Of a stretch of 64,000 nt of DNA, positions 43,789-52,904 are shown one piece after another. Position 1 is the first letter of the stretch. Each line of letters starts with the position of its first letter. Below the pieces are notes generated by a model, which was not told the DNA's origin, ran no database searches, and saw only the letters and a program-made list of their open reading frames with translations. The stretch is taken from the IMG/VR virus record IMGVR_UViG_3300032093_000089, positions 6,297-70,296 of that record; one strand, written 5' to 3'. This DNA comes from a virus. The translations under genes were made by a program, and so were the position numbers.

Positions 43789-45240
43789 TTACCGGTTCCT
43801 CCCTTTCAGGCGTTGTAGTTCGCGGTAAGCAAGACCGGGATTCGCTTGAGCCCATTGCATCAGGGCTTCTGGTTGCATCCCCATAGCACCACCAAGATCC
43901 TTCAGCTGGCGCTGTAGCTCTCCAGTCTGTTCCATACTCCTACCCAGTTGCTGCTGGCCCGCATAGAAGGAAGGAAGGGAGACACCTGCAGGAGCAGCGT
44001 ACTGCTGAGCAGCATTAAGTACTTCTTGAGAGAGTTGGCGTTGTTGGACATTTTGACGTTGTGCGGGAACACCGGCCCCAGTAGACATGCCAGCCCCGCC
44101 ATAGGTAGGGCCACCTGCAAATGATCCACCAATGGGAACATCTGAGGCAATGGGTGTCTGTTGTCCGGCTTGTGCTCCAGAACTACTTACACCCGGAGGT
44201 GGCGGCAGAGGAGGAGCAGGAGGCGGTGGAGAACCACCACCGCCAAAAGATTGGCTTGCAGGAATAAATATATTATCAGGAGGATTTAACGCTCTGCCTG
44301 TTTTGTAATCATAAGTAATCCCATTAACTGTATAGTTTTGACCAATATCTCTTAGAGCATTGGATTGACGAATAAGCTCAGATTCATCTTTTGGTCCTGC
44401 CGGGGTTGCACCAAATATAGTTGTGACGCCAAGTTTAGGAATTACTCCGCCGGGTGTATAAGCAAAAAGCTCGGCATTGCCTCTATTAACATCATTTTCA
44501 GGAAAGAAAGCAGAAATTGCACCGCCCGCAAGATATGCTCCTGCATTAAGAGGGTTTAAAGGATTAAAAAGCTTACCTGTTTTTCCCAATAAAGTTGTGG
44601 GTGTTCTGGTTGCTAATGGGTTCAAAGCCGTAGGGCCAATCCCTTGAAGATTCCTCATCAGGCTGCCCACCTGACCAAAGTTGATCCCACCACCACCGGC
44701 TAAAGTACGCGCAGCCTTCTCAGATGTTCCACCAAATTGCTTTAGGAACTCACGACGCAAAGCGGGATCTCTAGCAAACTGACCACCCGTTTGAATTGCG
44801 GTTTGCAGAGGGCTAGTAACTACAGCTTGTCCAGTGCGAATAACATCTCCGATAACAGGAGCTTTTAATGCACCGGTTGCGTACTGTTGCGCACCACGCG
44901 CCAGCTGTGGGACAGCACCTGCAGCTTCTTGGATAGCACGGTTAACCATCCCTGCCTGAGCAGAACGCTGAATACCGGCTGGCATACCAGCCACGTCGCT
45001 AATTAACCCTGTAAAACGTGCGGGAATATTACCAAAGTTGGGGCCGGCAAACTGACCGGGTAGTCCACGCTGGAGCACATTTTCAGCTTTGGATGCCAGT
45101 GCGCGATACGTTTGCGGATTGGTGACAGTATCAGCAACCTGTCTAACAGCTTGAGGTGCTGCTTTGGCACCAAAACCTTTTACTGCGCGAAGAGCGGCTG
45201 GAGCGCTTCGCATGAACATCTGCAGGAATGTATTACCCAT
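43789..45240 (-). CDS. Gly/Ala/Gln-rich putative internal virion protein
   Basis: Low-complexity ORF in structural block. Confidence 0.55.
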   Translation of the reverse strand: MGNTFLQMFMRSAPAALRAVKGFGAKAAPQAVRQVADTVTNPQTYRALASKAENVLQRGLPGQFAGPNFGNIPARFTGLISDVAGMPAGIQRSAQAGMVNRAIQEAAGAVPQLARGAQQYATGALKAPVIGDVIRTGQAVVTSPLQTAIQTGGQFARDPALRREFLKQFGGTSEKAARTLAGGGGINFGQVGSLMRNLQGIGPTALNPLATRTPTTLLGKTGKLFNPLNPLNAGAYLAGGAISAFFPENDVNRGNAELFAYTPGGVIPKLGVTTIFGATPAGPKDESELIRQSNALRDIGQNYTVNGITYDYKTGRALNPPDNIFIPASQSFGGGGSPPPPAPPLPPPPGVSSSGAQAGQQTPIASDVPIGGSFAGGPTYGGAGMSTGAGVPAQRQNVQQRQLSQEVLNAAQQYAAPAGVSLPSFYAGQQQLGRSMEQTGELQRQLKDLGGAMGMQPEALMQWAQANPGLAYRELQRLKGRNR

Positions 45241-45701
45241 TAGCGCCAAACCTCATGAAGATAAATACGAGAACCCACTGCAGTATCAGCTGGCCCAGGT
45301 AAAGCCTGAATAAACTCTGCACCTGATCGTTCATAACGATATCGTGCCTGAAAAGGATCCTTGTAGTTTGGAACGTACAAGATATTTGCTAAACGATTAG
45401 TTTCGTAGAGATAAATTTCATCCCAAACTTTAAGAGCTTCTTTGGCGTTGCTAGAACGAATTGTACGATCAACGTCGCCAATGATGCTTTCTAACCGAGT
45501 AGAAGGAGAAGTTGCGACTTCTGTTTTCTTTTCAGCCGTATCACAACGGCCGATTTGAATAACAATTTTGTCATAGAAATATGAATCTGGTACGGTATTC
45601 ATGGCTTCTTCCAAACGGGCGTAGTCCCCCGCTGGCACGGAAACCGTGAAATAGCCCAGGTGATACCTGACCCTACTTTTGTCAAAGTCAGATAACTGCA
45701 C
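45240..45701 (-). CDS. putative head-tail adaptor
   Basis: LSDFDKSRVRYHLGY N-terminus; position after capsid genes. Confidence 0.5.
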   Translation of the reverse strand: MQLSDFDKSRVRYHLGYFTVSVPAGDYARLEEAMNTVPDSYFYDKIVIQIGRCDTAEKKTEVATSPSTRLESIIGDVDRTIRSSNAKEALKVWDEIYLYETNRLANILYVPNYKDPFQARYRYERSGAEFIQALPGPADTAVGSRIYLHEVWR

Positions 45702-45744
45702 TTCTAACTTCCAGTATCAATTAATTATAGTTCTAGAAAATCAA

Positions 45745-46506
45745 TCATAATCCAAAAAATTGACTTGTCGCATACTGTTGACCCTGAAGGTAAGGGTCGG
45801 AACCCGTGAACTGAGAAAGAAAGTTTCTAGGTGTTAATGCTTGCTGAAGTGCACCACCAATCAATCCTTCCTTCAGCTGCTCCATCAGGGGCTTAGGTTT
45901 TTCTTTTTCGCCAATCACATTGATGAGTGCATCAATCAGTTTGCCTTGTTGCGTTTGGTTTTCAATTTGATTCTGGACATACGCTTGAGCCCAGACCTCT
46001 GGCGTAACGTCAGTTGTGGTTCCTGTTGCGCTTGTAGCGGCCTCGTTGCGCCGTGTAGTAGCCGCCTGGGGCAACTCACTTAAATGGAACGTTTGTAGCT
46101 CGTAGGGGCCAGTACGTAATGCAGATACATTACCTGCAGTGCCTTGGCCTGAATGTGTTGAAACAGATCCCTGACCAAGAAAGCGAAGTGCAGTTCCTTC
46201 CGGAAAGCCGTAATCTTCACCTTTATGATCTGTAGAAGCGCCAGGAGAAGGAGCAGTCCTTAATCCCATGGGACTGGTGATTGTTGCAGCTGGATTTAAA
46301 CGGAACCCCTGGGACTCAGGGCTATAAAGTTGCTGCCAGTTCTCTTGGTTAGGTAAACGAAACTGAAGAAACTGTCCAATATCTTTACGAGCTTTAGAAA
46401 GAGGAAAACGTTTCCCATCCTTCATGACTTCCCAATGAGCATGAGGGCCAGTGGACGTACCTCCAGTGGCACCAACTTTGCCCAAGAATAACGCTGGCCC
46501 TGCCAT
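45745..46506 (-). CDS. M23 peptidase-like protein, circularly permuted
   Basis: GATGGTSTGPHAHWEV precedes ITSPMGLR..HKGED and TFHL. Confidence 0.65.
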   Translation of the reverse strand: MAGPALFLGKVGATGGTSTGPHAHWEVMKDGKRFPLSKARKDIGQFLQFRLPNQENWQQLYSPESQGFRLNPAATITSPMGLRTAPSPGASTDHKGEDYGFPEGTALRFLGQGSVSTHSGQGTAGNVSALRTGPYELQTFHLSELPQAATTRRNEAATSATGTTTDVTPEVWAQAYVQNQIENQTQQGKLIDALINVIGEKEKPKPLMEQLKEGLIGGALQQALTPRNFLSQFTGSDPYLQGQQYATSQFFGL

Positions 46507-46531
46507 CTCTTTTTCTTTTTATTTTAAAACT

Positions 46532-46558
46532 AAAAAACCCCCCAGTTTCCCAGGGGGT
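46532..46558 (-). terminator. intrinsic terminator after capsid transcript
   Basis: CCCCCTGG-GAAA-CTGGGGGG-TTTTTT on - strand. Confidence 0.8.
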
Positions 46559-46580
46559 AGAAATTGTGCGTTAGAAAAAG

Positions 46581-47009
46581 TTACACACGAATTAAATTAG
46601 CTGCCAGGACGGCATCCCAGTCAACACGTTTGATCTGCCTGAGCTGCTCTAAGTTGTTGAACCTTTCACCCGATAAGGACATTTGAAGGTCTTTAATTTC
46701 TCGGGCAGTTTTAAGACCAATGCCTTTAATGTGATCAGCGATCATTTGGGCAGTGGCACCGTTAATGTTCAACCGTGTTTCCGGAGGAAAAGAACGGGGT
46801 TCTTCCTGTGCAGCCTTGTCTTTAACTTGAAGAGTTTTAACCTTTTTTGTTGCCTCTTCATCGGGCATCAGTTCGGTTTTGTAAGCGGTGTAAAGGAGAC
46901 CGTCTTGGTCTTCAACCATGAACCAATCACCGTTGTCCCATTCACTTACAACCTTTACTCGTGCACCTGTTTTTTTATGCTGATACAGCATTGCGGCAAC
47001 GGTAGACAT
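46581..47009 (-). CDS. helix-hairpin-helix (ComEA-like) protein
   Basis: LNINGATAQMIADHIKGIGLKTAREI..FNNLEQL. Confidence 0.75.
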   Translation of the reverse strand: MSTVAAMLYQHKKTGARVKVVSEWDNGDWFMVEDQDGLLYTAYKTELMPDEEATKKVKTLQVKDKAAQEEPRSFPPETRLNINGATAQMIADHIKGIGLKTAREIKDLQMSLSGERFNNLEQLRQIKRVDWDAVLAANLIRV

Positions 47010-47044
47010 AGGACCAGAGCATTTCTGGTCCTAGTTTAACTCAA

Positions 47045-47842
47045 TCAGCTGACAGTGCGGCCAAGTAAATAGCCGTCAATATCCTCGTAACCAGGAGCTT
47101 CATCCGGTTGGATGTAGCAGACTTCCACAACCAGGTAACCGACACGGCCTGCGACAGAATCGGCATCTGAAATGTAGATGCCACCCGAAGTACTGGTGTC
47201 ATTAGCAGCACCCTTAGCAAACACCTTCAGGGTGGTGCCAGTGGTAGCGGCGTAGTTAAGAGTACCGCCAGACACGCCAGCGGCGCCAGTAGCAGTAAGG
47301 AAGGGGTTGGTGCCATATGCAGCACTGCCACCAGCGAAATAAATCTTGGTAGCGGCGTCACCGGACACAGTAGAAGTCAGGTTGGCCTGAATGGGGCCTT
47401 CACCCACGCCAGAAGCAGCAGTAGGACCGCTGGAATCGCGACCAAAGGAGATCACGTTACCGGTAGCGGCGAACACACCAGAAGCAACACGGCCATCGCC
47501 CCAGCCAGAAGCCACTGAGATCGCGGCGCGATACACATAGGCGGGCAGGGTTGTGGTGCCAGAGATCACCATTCCGGTGATGTCGGGGCGCGTGTCGTCC
47601 TGGCGATAAGGTGAAGGAACGATTACGTTTCCGGTTGCCAGAGGAGAACCAGAAGTTTGGGTAACCGCGACATAACCGCGTTGTTGGAAGTAACGGTAAC
47701 CAGGAACAGCCAACACAGAGGTGGGGCCGCCTTTCGAAGCGTTATTAACGCCGTCGTCGTTGGTATCAATATTCTTGTACCAACCGTTCAGGGGCTCTGC
47801 CCAGTTACCTGGGTAGATTTTCTTAGCGGACAAATAGGTCAT
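47045..47842 (-). CDS. putative capsid decoration / minor structural protein
   Basis: Directly after MCP with similar GC3 bias; S/T/G/A-rich. Confidence 0.6.
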   Translation of the reverse strand: MTYLSAKKIYPGNWAEPLNGWYKNIDTNDDGVNNASKGGPTSVLAVPGYRYFQQRGYVAVTQTSGSPLATGNVIVPSPYRQDDTRPDITGMVISGTTTLPAYVYRAAISVASGWGDGRVASGVFAATGNVISFGRDSSGPTAASGVGEGPIQANLTSTVSGDAATKIYFAGGSAAYGTNPFLTATGAAGVSGGTLNYAATTGTTLKVFAKGAANDTSTSGGIYISDADSVAGRVGYLVVEVCYIQPDEAPGYEDIDGYLLGRTVS

Positions 47843-47876
47843 TTATTTTTTCCTATGTTTGTATGTAATTTAATTA

Positions 47877-49040
47877 TCAAACAGTGCCGTCGTCTTGAAC
47901 GAAGCTGTAGGCGGTGGTCACGAAGTCCTTGTTCAGGATTTCGAAGCCAGCGTACAGTTGCCAGATCAAGATGATGAAGCGGCTGAAGTCGTCGTTGTTG
48001 TTGATCAACACCTGAGCATTCGGGCCACCGATACCAACACCCACAGACTGAGGACCAAAGAAGAAACCTTGGGCAACTTCCTTGGCGCTGTAGCTAGAGC
48101 CAGCGTCGAAAGAAGCCTGGATATTCTTAATCGGGAAGTTGGTTGACTCGAAGAACTTCACGCCTTCAAACTGGACGCCAGTAGGCATCACGGGCTCACC
48201 AGCCAGGAAGTAGCCCTGACCAGCTTGGGGACCCATGTAGAAGCTGGCGTTGTTAGGCATCATGGGGTTACCCATGTACATGCCTTGGCCAGGGTTGCCG
48301 GCGTAACGAGCGATCTCGCGGAAGTCGGGGTCACGACGCAGGTGCATCATGAAAGTAGGATCGCAAATGCAGCGATACAGACCATCAGAGAAGGTCGGCA
48401 CGTTGCGCTTACGCAGATCCTTCACCACGTTCAGCAGGTCAGTACGCACCGAGAACTGCTGGAGGTCAGCGGTGTACTCAGTGCTGCTGTAGGTGATTTG
48501 ACCAGAAGCATTCTTGGTCTTGCTACCAGGGAAGAAGTAACCACCCTGAGTAGTAGATGCAGCACCGTTAGCTTCAGCTTTGGAGAGTTCGTCAATGAAC
48601 ACGCGGTCGCGCCAACGACGATAGTCATCGAGCAGCGTCAGGCTACCGATGGACTGGTGGAACATGTTAAGGTTCCCGGTGTCCAGCAGCAGACGCTGAG
48701 CAGTGATCAGAGTCTCGCGAGCAATCTTGAAGGTGCTGGGCTGGGTCGGATCACCCGGGTCTGCAGGGCCAGTGTATTCCTTAAGCACCACCAGGACTTT
48801 CTCCTTGGTGATGTTACGGCTGTTAGCAGTACCAATAGTCTGGTCGGACACGCGCTCACGGCTGTCCTTGGTACCAGGGGTACCCCAGAACTTATAGCGG
48901 TCTAACTGAACGGTTTGACCAGGCTGACGAGTGAAGTCATGAACGACCACAGGCTCGACTGCCATTTCTGCAATGTAGGCAGGATGGGGACGGTAAAGTT
49001 CCGCACCCAAGATTTTTGGAAAATCGTTATCAATGAACAC
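47877..49040 (-). CDS. major capsid protein
   Basis: 387 aa after portal and scaffold; QPGQTVQLDRY E-loop-like segment; strong codon bias; GGAGGA SD before GTG. Confidence 0.85.
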   Translation of the reverse strand: MFIDNDFPKILGAELYRPHPAYIAEMAVEPVVVHDFTRQPGQTVQLDRYKFWGTPGTKDSRERVSDQTIGTANSRNITKEKVLVVLKEYTGPADPGDPTQPSTFKIARETLITAQRLLLDTGNLNMFHQSIGSLTLLDDYRRWRDRVFIDELSKAEANGAASTTQGGYFFPGSKTKNASGQITYSSTEYTADLQQFSVRTDLLNVVKDLRKRNVPTFSDGLYRCICDPTFMMHLRRDPDFREIARYAGNPGQGMYMGNPMMPNNASFYMGPQAGQGYFLAGEPVMPTGVQFEGVKFFESTNFPIKNIQASFDAGSSYSAKEVAQGFFFGPQSVGVGIGGPNAQVLINNNDDFSRFIILIWQLYAGFEILNKDFVTTAYSFVQDDGTV

Positions 49041-49160
49041 TTTTTGTTATCCTCCAGAGTCTCAGGAAGGTAGGTTATCGGGTGAAAGATTTAGACATTT
49101 ATATGTCTTATCTAACACAAATTTTAGCAGTCGGTAATTTATTCAATTACCGACAAACTA

Positions 49161-50123
49161 TCACTCCATTACGAATAATTTATTCGCAACAACTTGGGGC
49201 TGAGCGTGATTCAGAACACGCCAGGCATTCTGGGGATCACGAGCCAGGGTTTCGTTAAAATCTCCCCAGAAATTACCGGGTTGCTGAGGAGCAGCAGCAG
49301 CCGGAGGAGCGGGCATGAAACCCAGTTCAGGTTGTTGAATCTGCTGGGTGGGATAACCAGGGGTTTCCAATTGGGCCTCGCTTTCGTACACAGGATAAGG
49401 ACCTTCCGGACCAAAGAACTTCAGCGTGTAATCGCTGAGCACGTCAGGGTTGGTCAGAATTTCGTTATAAGCGAGGTTCTCTTGGTGCTCGTTTACAGAA
49501 AATTCAGCGTAACCCTTGACCGCCTCACTTGCGCGGTTTCCCCATGCGACGGCGCTGTCCAGCATTGTTTCCAGCTGGAGTGCGTAGTTGTTCAGGATTG
49601 ACGGGGCCTCGATCCCGAACGCGTCCATCACCTGGCGGGACTCCTGGCTCATTCCCACCAGGTCCGCGATTGCCTCCAATGATGGAGTCGAGGAGGTTTG
49701 GGAAGAGCTGGGCGAGTATGCCTGGCTGGGATATGAGGTCGGCGGAGCCGATTGTGGCGTAGCTTGGGGGCTGGTCAACCCGTAGTTTGCCGGGGTATAG
49801 GTCGTCGGTGCCGACTGTTGACCCTGGAACGGGGATTGAACTGGTGCGCTCAGAAGGTTCACCACCTTGTTGAACGCCGATTCCCACGGACTCGAGATTG
49901 ATTCCGCCGTCTGGACCGAGGGGGATTGGGGGGCGTACTGAGACGGCGCGAATTGGTAATTGGGGCTCGCCTGGGGCACTGCTTGGGGGTAACTGGTACC
50001 CACCTGATAAGCCACTGGAGCCGCCTGCACCTGAGGTGCTGCCACCACGTAGCTGCTTGGAGCTACCGCTACGGGCGACGGTTGGCTCGTCTGTGGGATC
50101 GATTGGACGGTAGCGTCCTGCAT
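49161..50123 (-). CDS. putative scaffolding protein
   Basis: Between portal and MCP; P/Q/S-rich N-terminus, helical core; AAGGAG SD. Confidence 0.65.
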   Translation of the reverse strand: MQDATVQSIPQTSQPSPVAVAPSSYVVAAPQVQAAPVAYQVGTSYPQAVPQASPNYQFAPSQYAPQSPSVQTAESISSPWESAFNKVVNLLSAPVQSPFQGQQSAPTTYTPANYGLTSPQATPQSAPPTSYPSQAYSPSSSQTSSTPSLEAIADLVGMSQESRQVMDAFGIEAPSILNNYALQLETMLDSAVAWGNRASEAVKGYAEFSVNEHQENLAYNEILTNPDVLSDYTLKFFGPEGPYPVYESEAQLETPGYPTQQIQQPELGFMPAPPAAAAPQQPGNFWGDFNETLARDPQNAWRVLNHAQPQVVANKLFVME

Positions 50124-51873
50124 AACTCATCTCCTTTTGTAGAGCTTCTAAAGTTCGATACAGATATGGAGTTAAATCCAATCTTGGATCCGCAGCCATC
50201 GGAAGATCCGGTGATTGCGGGTGGGGGGTCTGCATCATTCCTCCCACTAAGCGAGCAAACTGAGAGTATGCACTCTGTAGTTCGTTCACCATCCTGAACG
50301 GGAACCCAGATAACATCTCGGCCCGTTCCTCATCCGTTTTAGACGGAAAGAGGTACTTCAGTGCTTCAATGCTATCAACACCTAATTCTTGTAGATTTCG
50401 AACAACAATGGAGTTGTTCAAAATATCTTGTGTTGAATCCTCGTAAACAGGACCCATCCATCTCCAAAGAATCGTTACGTCCCCATCTGGAATCAAACCA
50501 GTAACACCAGGTGGGATCTGTTGGGTTTGAACAGAAGCAAGCATTAACTGCTTGATTTGTTCATTAAAGCCGTCAAGTGCGGCTTCGTACAAATCCAATT
50601 CATCTTGGCTTGCTCCTTCTGCTGGATCAATTGGTTTTTCAATGCCAGCGGCAGCGGCCAATGTTTCTCGGAACATGCGTTCCTCTTGAAAAATAATTAA
50701 TTCCAGGCATCGACTGATGCCGTGGGTATAAATAGAATTTGCTTTTTTCTTAGATGTTGCTGCAACTCGCCCAAACAAAGATTTGTATTCAGTAGCAGTG
50801 ACGCCAGCAGAAATAGATAGCTCATCTACGCCACCAAGAGCGGTACGAATTTCTTCTCTGTATTGACGGGCAAAAGCATTTTGATCACCCGTAATAGCAT
50901 CAGGGACAATATAACCAACACGGTCGTTTGGTTCCAGGTTTGCAATTACGCGTGGCACACGAATCTGACCGTCAACACCCCGAGTAATTGGATCTTGTTT
51001 AAACGTAGAACGACTATAAGAACTTAAGCTGCCAAAACCAGAGTTCGCGGCAATTGACGGACGTTGTACCGCACCATCAGTACCCGACTCCATTAGGTCC
51101 GTCTTAGGACGAGACGACAGAAGAGTAGGGTTACCAAAGAAAGTAACGTTCTTCCGCATGGTGCGAACCAAGTCATCGTGCGTCACGATATGGTTGGCAA
51201 CTGCATCAAACTCGCCATAGCCTTCCATGGCAAATCCCTTCGGGTTGTTGAAGATCTCAACGCAAGGGATAAAACCTAAGGAGTTTTTAAAAGTTTTGGT
51301 TTTTCCAGGATTAGCAAAAGAAGGCATCTCGAAAGACATCTCTCCTTCCGAGTGCGTTTCTTCAATCTGTTTAGCTTTAATTGAAAGTTTGATATAACGT
51401 TTAGCGCCTTGATCTGCAGTCGTTGCACTGCCGGTTACGTTTGTGACATTGATATTATCACCAAAACCAAAACCACGACGCACCTTGTAGCTGTAGATGA
51501 TGATCACTTCCTCCAGCTCACCATCTACGTTGTAGAAGCTGCGATATTCGTGCTCACGGAAATAATAAAGCCTGTAATTCTGTTTGGTTGGACGGATATA
51601 AAACAACCCTTTGCCGTCACATAAAAAGTAATCCCAAATGGAATCCAAACGGGTATCGAGCTGGTTGTATTTCAGTACGCGATCAATGAAATCTTTACGC
51701 TGATTACCAAAGTTATCTTGACCAGGAAAAAATTCAACACCCTGACGAATGCCAAACAATTTCATTTGCGCCAGGTGGGAGGCAACAACGCTCGTGTCAA
51801 CAATAGCGTTACCATCTTTCTCGATATACGCGTTGACAATTTCTTGCAGTCTGGCGCTAGAGCTAGTTGCCAT
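49525..51873 (-). CDS. portal protein
   Basis: Position between terminase and scaffold/MCP; NSLGFIPCVEIFN..GEF motif typical of portals. Confidence 0.75.
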   Translation of the reverse strand: MATSSSARLQEIVNAYIEKDGNAIVDTSVVASHLAQMKLFGIRQGVEFFPGQDNFGNQRKDFIDRVLKYNQLDTRLDSIWDYFLCDGKGLFYIRPTKQNYRLYYFREHEYRSFYNVDGELEEVIIIYSYKVRRGFGFGDNINVTNVTGSATTADQGAKRYIKLSIKAKQIEETHSEGEMSFEMPSFANPGKTKTFKNSLGFIPCVEIFNNPKGFAMEGYGEFDAVANHIVTHDDLVRTMRKNVTFFGNPTLLSSRPKTDLMESGTDGAVQRPSIAANSGFGSLSSYSRSTFKQDPITRGVDGQIRVPRVIANLEPNDRVGYIVPDAITGDQNAFARQYREEIRTALGGVDELSISAGVTATEYKSLFGRVAATSKKKANSIYTHGISRCLELIIFQEERMFRETLAAAAGIEKPIDPAEGASQDELDLYEAALDGFNEQIKQLMLASVQTQQIPPGVTGLIPDGDVTILWRWMGPVYEDSTQDILNNSIVVRNLQELGVDSIEALKYLFPSKTDEERAEMLSGFPFRMVNELQSAYSQFARLVGGMMQTPHPQSPDLPMAADPRLDLTPYLYRTLEALQKEMSYAGRYRPIDPTDEPTVARSGSSKQLRGGSTSGAGGSSGLSGGYQLPPSSAPGEPQLPIRAVSVRPPIPLGPDGGINLESVGIGVQQGGEPSERTSSIPVPGSTVGTDDLYPGKLRVDQPPSYATIGSADLISQPGILAQLFPNLLDSIIGGNRGPGGNEPGVPPGDGRVRDRGPVNPEQLRTPAGNNAGQRRRMGKPRK

Positions 51874-52017
51874 TCACTTGTTGCTCCGTTTCTTTTTTAA
51901 TCTTAGCAGTTTTTTTATCTTCTTTTTTCTTCTGAAGCCAACGACCAAAAAAGGTTAACTCAGCCGGAGTGTATAGCTCCGGATGCTTAAGCGCTTGTTT
52001 GATCAGCTTCTTTGTTT

Positions 52018-52371
52018 TCACATTACGCCCCCAAAGTAGAGCCCTGCTTGGCCAAGTTGTGGCCCACGATAGAACTGTGAATTTGCCATACCTGCCATGT
52101 TGCCGATGGCATTAGGAAGATTACTGCTACCCATAGCCATTGGAAGGCCCAAGGGAGAAGTGCCTGGCATTGGTTGGGGGCCGGGGCGTCCGTACACATC
52201 TTCTACTGCCTCCTTGCTTTCACCAGGAAGAACAGGTTGACCCCCTGGCTTTTTGCCAGGAATTTGAAAAGCTGACCCAAAAGGATTGCCCGCCATCATG
52301 GGAAGACGCATAGCACCTTCGTTACCCAGGCCACCGCCGTAAAACCCACCTGGTTGAGTTGTATAAAACAT
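52018..52371 (-). CDS. Gly/Pro-rich hypothetical protein
   Basis: ORF with upstream TAAAAT. Confidence 0.6.
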   Translation of the reverse strand: MFYTTQPGGFYGGGLGNEGAMRLPMMAGNPFGSAFQIPGKKPGGQPVLPGESKEAVEDVYGRPGPQPMPGTSPLGLPMAMGSSNLPNAIGNMAGMANSQFYRGPQLGQAGLYFGGVM

Positions 52372-52396
52372 TTACTTCCGTATCAATTTTTTTATT

Positions 52397-52582
52397 TTAC
52401 TCGTCTTCTTCTACTTCATACAAAGATGGATCAGCAACTTTTGAGATGTGGATGCCATCACCTTGCATATCCCAGTTCACAATATCTCCTTCTTTCCAAC
52501 CGAGTTCTTCCATTAACTCATCTGGGAAAGTGATAAATTGCTCACCGTTTTCGTCTTCTTCCACCTCAAGAATGTAGCTCAT
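52397..52582 (-). CDS. AbrB/MazE-like DNA-binding protein
   Basis: FITFPDELMEELGWKEGDIVNW. Confidence 0.75.
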   Translation of the reverse strand: MSYILEVEEDENGEQFITFPDELMEELGWKEGDIVNWDMQGDGIHISKVADPSLYEVEEDE

Positions 52583-52872
52583 TTTGTCAAAAGCTTTTCC
52601 ATTAGCTTATCAAGTTTGTTATTAATTTCGCGAAAATTATCATGCATTTCTTGAATTTCTCTTAAGAAGTCCACCTTTAAAACGTAGTCCAAAGGCATTC
52701 GATTGATTTGATCTTCCAAGATATCAATCCTCCGTTTCTGTGAATTTGTGTAATCAAAAGCTTGTTGAATATCTTTGTTTTGGCGAGCTAAAATTTTATT
52801 AGCAACCCAAGTCCCGCTGCTAACCGCAGAAACAACAGCAGTAAAAGCTAATGCCAAGTATTCAGGACCCAC
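52579..52872 (-). CDS. N-terminal TM + coiled-coil protein
   Basis: Hydrophobic N-terminus; YVLKVDF..INNKLDKL. Confidence 0.6.
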   Translation of the reverse strand: MGPEYLALAFTAVVSAVSSGTWVANKILARQNKDIQQAFDYTNSQKRRIDILEDQINRMPLDYVLKVDFLREIQEMHDNFREINNKLDKLMEKLLTK

Positions 52873-52904
52873 GGTTTAAACTTACTTTTCTTCTAATTCT
52901 AAAT

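Noticed and set aside
43787-43855. Overlap of ORFs 43103-43855 and 43789-45249 as a programmed frameshift
   Set aside because: ATG at 43786 starts the downstream gene 2 nt after the upstream stop
48225-48905. 226-aa + strand ORF
   Set aside because: Antisense shadow of the codon-biased capsid gene
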